The notes beneath the pieces were generated by a model, which made no database searches, was not told the DNA's origin, and saw nothing but the letters and a program-made list of their open reading frames with translations. Below, piece by piece: positions 56,931 through 64,000 of a DNA stretch of 64,000 bases (the stretch's first letter is position 1; every line of letters begins with the position of its first letter). Position numbers and translations under genes: made by a program. Origin of the DNA: the human T2T-CHM13v2.0 reference genome, Homo sapiens; assembly GCF_009914755.1 (NCBI RefSeq), contig NC_060929.1. The stretch is one strand, 5' to 3'.

Positions 56931-57369
56931 AAGAATAAGGCTAGTCTAAGGACTGTTGGAGCAGGACAGTGCAGGAGGGCCTGGGTGAAGATTAAGAACG
57001 CTGCCCCAGGCTTGAGTCTTGAGTCCCACCCTCCAACAGAAGCCGTGCCACCAGCAACAAGATCCCTTCCCCCACAGAGCAGGCAGGACCAGCACCAAGA
57101 TAACAATTCCCTCTGCCCAGAGCCTTCCGGGAACGCCAGCCAGCCAGGCCCTGCTGCAGCCAGGGCACTGCATGCTCTAGATTGGGTTCCTGGAAAAACT
57201 GTTCAATTATTGATAAGGAACTCCCCTGACATCACTGAAAGACAACAACCCTCTCTCCTCGCTGCCCTACAGATCTGGGTTCCCCGGCTTGGCAGCTGGA
57301 ATATGATGGGGGTGGGGGCCAATGCAACCCTTGAAACGCAGCCACAAGAAAGCACTCAGCATACAAAAA

Positions 57370-57600
57370 TAATAACAATGCTGTAATAACTTACATTTTC
57401 TGAACACTTGCTATGTGCCAGGCAGGGTTCCAAGAAAGCTTGGAACCCTGGAACCTTGGAACTCTTCTTAAGAACTCTAAGATGGAGTTCCTATAATTAT
57501 TCCCACGTTATAGGCGGAAAAACTGAGGCAAAGGGAGGTTAGGTAAATTGCCTCCTTAGGTCACCCAGCTTGGAAATGGTGAAGCAGTCTCGCTCCAGAG
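57370..57600 (-). mobile_element. MIR SINE
   Basis: CTATGTGCCAGGC...AAACTGAGGC...GGTTAGGTAAATTGCC. Confidence 0.75.
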
Positions 57601-58379
57601 TCTGTGGTGTCCCCCACTTCTCTGGAACTGCTTCCAGGTGATAACACAGGTGGGGAGGGGAAGCTGGTAGCAGAGAGGCCTATTTTACCTTTCTGCATTT
57701 GAAATAAATAAGTTAGATATTAGAATGATGTGGGCAACATTGAACTAAGCCCCTATTCAGCGCAAATATTCACCACTTTACTAACCCTCTATGCAGTGAG
57801 AAATCTGCTCATACCATGTTACAGATTTCGAGAAAACTAAGGTTAAGAGAGATGAGAGGTTTCACCAAGTACTGGGCAGCTTGGAAATAACTAACCTGAA
57901 ATTTGAACCTTGGTCATTTAACACCAAGGGCAGTGAGTTCTCTGACTTCACTGCACATATAAGTATATGCATATACCGTGTATATAAATTATGCACATTC
58001 CCTGAAAAGGATATTGATGTTTCCACACAGAGCACACATGCTACACGGTCCAACCTCATGTTGTGATGGCCATCTGAGTATTTCCATCCTCACAGAAAGC
58101 CCAGTGAAAGATCCACTCTGTAGCTAACACTCCAGCTGCTGCCACCTTGCTTGTTTTCTGATCTTGGGTAGGTGCTCTTCTTTTTGTGACCTTAGAAGAG
58201 AAGAAGTTACACCCTAAACCCATTTCTCTAATCCTCCACCAATCTACTGCTTTGAAATATTCAATTACTTCCTTTTATTTTCTTGTCTTTGAAATTTGTT
58301 CAATAGTTTGCCTTCTTCTCTTTCTTGCTGCCTTCCTTTTTCAGTCAACGAGCTTTTGCTGAGCACCTACTTAGCAGTA

Positions 58380-58620
58380 CGATGTTGCAGGAAGACCATC
58401 ACAGCGGAGCAAAATAGGCCTGTGATCAGATACCAGCTCTGGGGCCTTAGGCAAGTTCTTTCACTCCTCCCAGCCTCAGCATCCTCGTCTGTAAAATGGG
58501 CAAATCCTACAATCTACTCCTCATGGGTTGCCACAAATAGAAAACATAGCCACAGTTGTGCAAGTATCTGACATGGAGCTTGACGCAAAATTGGTTCTCG
58601 GTAAATGTTTGATGAACGTT
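58380..58620 (+). mobile_element. MIR SINE
   Basis: GCCTCAGCATCCTCGTCTGTAAAATGGG. Confidence 0.7.
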
Positions 58621-59145
58621 GAGACTTCAGGTGGGAAGGAAGAGGAGAAGAGTCAGACACAGGCCCTGCCCTTGAATAGGTTCCTGCCTACAAAGGGAGA
58701 TAGGCAGAAATAAGTGAGGCAGCCTGTGATAAGGCCATACAAAGGGGCAGATAAAGAGTCCTGAGGACTAACAGGAAGGAGAAATGCTTCTCATGAAAGT
58801 ACCTTAGGTTCTGCAGAACAGCCTAGAAACACATTCCTGTGTCTCTCCCTCTCTCTGAGGGGTCAGGAGGATGTTTTTCTAGGCCAGATCTGAATCTGCC
58901 CTGAATCCTCAGCAAAATAGGGCAGAAGGTGATGGGAAAGAATGGAGATGACACTATCTGTGATTGAGGCCAATGGCTTAGAAGCAGTAGAAAGCACCCC
59001 TTGGCTAGTCCCATCTGTGGGCAACAGCCAGACATTCGGGTCTGCCCTGCGTCCTGGCTTTGCCACCTCCAAGCTATGTGACTTTTGGAAAAATGTCCCC
59101 CAGTGTCCTGAAGCCTCAGACCCATCACCTATAAAATACAACTAA

Positions 59146-59447
<302 letters not shown>

Positions 59448-60069
59448 CTAACAATAGCTTCTATCTTCAGAGCTGTTATGAGGATGGATAGCACTGTATG
59501 CAAGCTCAGGGCATATGGAATCTATATAATAAGGATCAACTTTTACTTCTTGTTCTCTTTTTGCTAAGTGGGGTATGTTTGGGGCTCTTCTATGGCAGGT
59601 ACATTTTATTGGCCAATTAGAATTTTGGCAGCTCCATTTTAGAACAACGAAAGGGTAGGCCCTTGACAATTTTATGTTTTTACTGTTCAACAGAGGAAAC
59701 TGTATGAAATATGTGTGTTGAATTAATAGGAACAAGCAGGATCCAGACCCCTGCATCCAATTTAGACGTGAGTTCAGCACAGCATCCATCTGACCCCATC
59801 TCATATTGAACAATGGGTTTAACGTAGACTTGAAGGGGAGAATATCCATGAGTGCTTGGCAGCAACCATCAAAGTGGGATGATCCCTGTGAGCAGGCCAG
59901 CACCATCAATTGATAGGTTCAGAGATTCACAAAGCATACACACACATGCAGAGGCTCTGCTGGGCTCATTCATGCAGCCAGTTCATGCATATGGATAAAG
60001 TAACTGTTCAGTGGCCAATCAAGGGACAGCTCCTGAGCAGGAAAGGAAAGAGCATTATACCAGGGAAGC

Positions 60070-60250
60070 AGAACTCTATTTCAAATTCACGTCTGCCACT
60101 TTCATCTCTCTGAGCCTCAGTTTCCTTATTTGTAAAAATGAGTAAAATATAACCAGGGTTGTCAGGAATACTAAATGAGCAAGTTGATATGAAAATGGCG
60201 TGATACAGTGCTTGGAATGTAGTGGGGGCTTAATAAATGCTGGCTAAATT
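60070..60250 (+). mobile_element. MIR SINE
   Basis: CTCTCTGAGCCTCAGTTTCCTTATTTGTAAAA. Confidence 0.8.
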
Positions 60251-61779
60251 GGAATCTGCTAAGGACTACAGAGACATAAAGATTTAACAAATATTTATTG
60301 GTATTCTACAATATGTCAGCCTTGTGTCAGGTTCTGGGCACGTGGAGATGAGTAAAACATACCGTTGTGGGGAGTCTACATTTTAGATCTGTGCTTTCAT
60401 TTTATTTGTGTATGTGGAACAGGCATACACAAACATCAGGGAAGACGCCACAGAAGAAATGAAGCAGGGTTTGAAGGACATGAAGGAATTTGCAATCAGA
60501 GTCACTCCTGATCTTGGAAAGTTCCCTTTGGCTATCTGTTGCATTTAAGAGTATAGCCATAGAGAAAGCCTAGGTTGAATACTAAATTCAGTTTGAACAG
60601 GTAAAGGGCCCACATCCCTAATATAGAGGGTTAGAGGTCATGTCAGCCTTCCAGCTCAGCCAGCCCAAACCTAGTCTTAGCCCTGCCACTCCTCTCCGCA
60701 ATCCCGGAAACAGGTCACTATCACTGGGATCCCAAACTTGACTTTTCCTTTAAATCTCCAGTCCTGGGGGACAACAGCCTCTCTAGGGTTCCAGTTGAGA
60801 ACCGGGGTTTCAGAAATCTTCCCTTTGCCTCTCTAGACCCACAGTCTAGCCTGTTGCACCCTGCTCTGTGATTCTGGGAGCTGATTTCAGTGACCGGAAT
60901 CAACGATGCCTGTTTGCTCTCTGGTTCCTGGTTGGGCTCAAACAGCAGGGGCGGGGCAGGAGACGGAAAGTGAGGTTGGAGTATTCATTCCCCTGCCTCC
61001 ACTTGCTGGGCCACTATGGGTTGGCTGAGTCCCTCCACCAAAGGCCACAGGTCCTGCACACCAGGCTTTCTGTCTCAGGGTCCAGGTCAGCACTCTGTCT
61101 CCTGTCCCCTCAGACCTAGGAGAGGTGACAGCACTCAGCTTTTACCAGCCCCAGAAAACTGCACCGTATCTTGTGGGTTCCCCATACCTTTGTAAATAGC
61201 TCCTTTATTAAACGTTCCTCAAATTGCCTAATTTGAGCATGCCATCTGTTTCCTCCCAGCCCCTGACTGACACCTCCAGGTTCTCAGCCTGGAGACTGCT
61301 TTGCACTGTGCATATATTTTTCTGGACCAGTGGAAAATAAGGCTGGAAATTTGGCCGTGACAAGGTTGTCCTTCCAAATCTTTGCACATCCTGTTTGCTG
61401 TTCAATTTGGGCCTGCTATAAGAGTCACTTTTCCTCCCAGTCCTTAGGAAAAGTGATTTTTTCTGGCATAATCTGAAATCAGGAAGCTCAGAGATGTGTG
61501 TGGACAGAATTCACATTAACTAAAGGGACCCATTCATCTACCACACACCATGATCTCAGGATTAATTTGAATTACACAATGCCAGTCTTCTAGGAGAGCG
61601 TCTGGCACCGAGTAGGTGCTCTTAACTTCATTAGATATCATTGGCTTGACTTTACTCCCTAATGATTCCCATGGATATTGTCCCAAACATCCACTCTGCT
61701 CTGTAGCCTTGTCATTTATATACCTGCAATGTATAGAAATGTTATTCACACTTTTGGAACTCCTACTAGGCGCCAGGCG

Positions 61780-62010
61780 CTTCAGGCAGTAAGGTAGAGG
61801 GTGGCAACTGGTACAGTGAATAGGCATGCTTGCCCTACCCACTTCTTCCTGTATTCACTTACTAGCTTGTAGCCTGAACCAGTTACTTAGCACCCTCGTT
61901 AATGTCTTCGTTTCCCTATGGGTAAAATACACATAATAATATTACCTACATCTTAGAGCTGCTGGGAGGATTAAGTGAATAAGATGTGTAAAGTGCTTCT
62001 ATACATGTAT
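61780..62010 (+). mobile_element. MIR SINE
   Basis: CACTTACTAGC...GGATTAAGTGAATAAGATGTGTAAAGTGCTT. Confidence 0.7.
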
Positions 62011-62269
62011 TATGATTATACCCATTATTTCATTTAATTCTCATAACCCTAGAGGTATGTGTGATTGTCACAAATTTGCAGGTCTGTCTTACTACAAAGC
62101 CTGGTTTCAGCATGCTCCCATTATGGCCAGAAGCAGCTGACATTACCAAAGCCCATCACAGTGCCCATGAAACAGGAAGCAGGCGAGGACCCTGTCTATC
62201 CGGCCCCTCCACAATCCCAGCTAGTGGGAGATTATGTTGGGGGACAGAATTCAAGGAGAGCTGCAACAA

Positions 62270-62520
62270 ATATATTAACAATGGCTGCTGTGTGTTGGGT
62301 GGGTACTCTGTGCCAGGAACCATGATAAGCACTTTATGTATATTATCCCGATTTCAACTCACAATGATGCATAGAGGAAACCATTATTAACTTCACTTTA
62401 CGTGAGAAACTGGGGCACCTAGGTTTAAGTAACATGGCTAGGGTCATACATATAGAAAGCGGCCCTAGCAGGATTGAATCTTGGTCTCTCCATTCAGAAT
62501 TTCATGCTCTTAACCACCAA
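62270..62520 (-). mobile_element. MIR SINE
   Basis: TACTCTGTGCCAGG...GAAACTGGGGCAC...CATGCTCTTAACCAC. Confidence 0.75.
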
Positions 62521-62619
62521 GAAAAGACAGAGTAGCATGCTGCTCAATTGACAAAACAGGAATCCCACAGAAACCTGTCTAGGGATTCTGCACCGTGAAC
62601 CCCATTCTAACATAAACCA

Positions 62620-63500
62620 GGTTTGCATCCTTGCTGCAGCAGTGAGGAGTGTAGCTCGGTGCTGAGGCTGGCAAATGCAGCATCTGATGCAATCTATTGC
62701 ATTACTGAATGTGCAGTGCTCATGTTTTAAAAAAAGAAGAAAAAAGGAACGAAAAAAAAAAAAAAAACGCTGTCGAAATGGTTGGAAGGCGGGGAGGCCC
62801 AGAACCCGGCCAATTGAAAAGCAGCAGCTGGCTTTACCAACGTCGATCGCAGTGCCCATCAAACAGGAAGCAGGCGAGGACCCTGGCTGTCCAGGTCCTC
62901 GCCAATCCCAGCCAGCCAGACAAGGAAGGCTGAGGGCACTCTGACAAGGCCCTTTCAGCCAGCTCCCGCAGCCAGGCCCAGCTGTACAAAGCAGTGTCAC
63001 TGCCTCAGAGGAGACCATCTGGGGGACAATAGTTCCGGGATAGTCTGTCCTCTCTCTGTGTGCTCTGTCACCCCCAGGCTCCGCCTCAGCTGCTGCCCGC
63101 ACCAGGCCAGGGGGAGACTTCCCCATTTCCTCCTTTAAAAGGCTCATCAGGAAGGAAAGAAGAGCAAAAAGCAACGGGTAAAATAAGGTTTAGCTTCATC
63201 CAACACAAAAGGGGGTGAGATAAAGGACAATTGTGTGTCAAACCCAGTATGAAACATACTGGGGCAAGGCTAATGAGTGGGGGCCCACCCGAGAGAGAAC
63301 GTCAGTAGGATCTAGCAGCTGGTCGCCACCACTGTTCAGGGGCTGAAGGCTTGCTAGAACCAATTGGACTGTGCGTGAAGTCTTCTGGCTCGGACCGACG
63401 GTTTCAGGGACAAGCGGCCCAGGACTCCGATCCCAGCTCAGTCGCAGGTACCGGCATACAGCCACTTCCGCGGCACCCTGTGGCCCCACCCCTGGGCACA
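62620..63500. promoter_or_regulatory. Candidate regulatory region (CpG-retaining unique sequence)
   Basis: Locally raised CpG; TGATGCAAT (C/EBP-ATF), GGCGGGGAGG (GC box), CCAAT, ACTTCCG (ETS). Confidence 0.35.
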
Positions 63501-64000
63501 GATGATTGAGCCAGGAGAAGAGGTCAGCTGACCAAGAAAGACCAATCAGAACCCCACTCTTCCAGTGGGAACACCCACCTCTCAACACCTCGAGGGCAGG
63601 ATTTTTTGTTTTGGTGTTTGTTCCTCCCCGCCCTTTTTATCTATTTTGTGCACTGCTATATCTTAAATGCCTAAAATAAAACCCATAACCTAGCAGTTGC
63701 TCAGTATGTATTTAATTGAATCATGCTCTATACTTCAAGTCAGGATTCAGCCAACTGGTCTCCCTCGAACTAGAACTGAAGTTCCCTTAACTGGGAAACT
63801 GGGGCAGTCCTGCTCTGCAAAATGGACTTCAGGGTGTGCAATGGGAAAAGAAGGAGGAGAATGAGCAAGAAGAATGGAGGCAGAGAGAGTGGTGACAGGC
63901 TTCCCGAATACATCCCAGTATCCTTATGATAATGTTCTTCTTTTTCCTTAAGCTAGCTGGAGTGGGTCTTCATATTTAAAACCAAGTCATTCTAGCCCAA

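Noticed and set aside
56456-57386. 216 aa and 152 aa ORFs
   Set aside because: Run through an L2 relic and a (GT)n tract; no recognisable domain or exon structure
62494-63174. 226 aa minus-strand ORF
   Set aside because: Non-ATG start, crosses a poly-T tract and ends in a MIR; no recognisable homology

Overview
This is primate (most likely human) non-coding genomic DNA, intronic or intergenic, not prokaryotic. About half of it is recognisable interspersed repeat: more than 20 Alu copies or fragments (J, S and Y types, many with target-site duplications, TSDs), L1 3' fragments, many L2 and MIR relics, ERVL-MaLR solo LTRs (MST, THE1, MLT1) and DNA-transposon relics (MER2, Tigger2, MADE1/2, MER5, MER33, MER58 and others). 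It also holds several microsatellites and a 1.05 kb (GGT/GAT)n VNTR. No protein-coding gene, RNA gene or CRISPR array can be supported; the long ORFs come from repeats or low-complexity sequence. Repeat names are assigned from remembered consensus sequences, and the boundaries of old elements are approximate. I found no convincing new biological system. The best leads are: local templated duplications (an Alu piece plus flank copied twice at 50.5-53.5 kb; a 92 bp unique segment duplicated at 62.1/62.8 kb), deeply nested transposon stacks, a CpG- and motif-rich candidate promoter or exon at 62.6-63.5 kb, and candidate minus-strand lncRNA exons near 12 and 14.7 kb.
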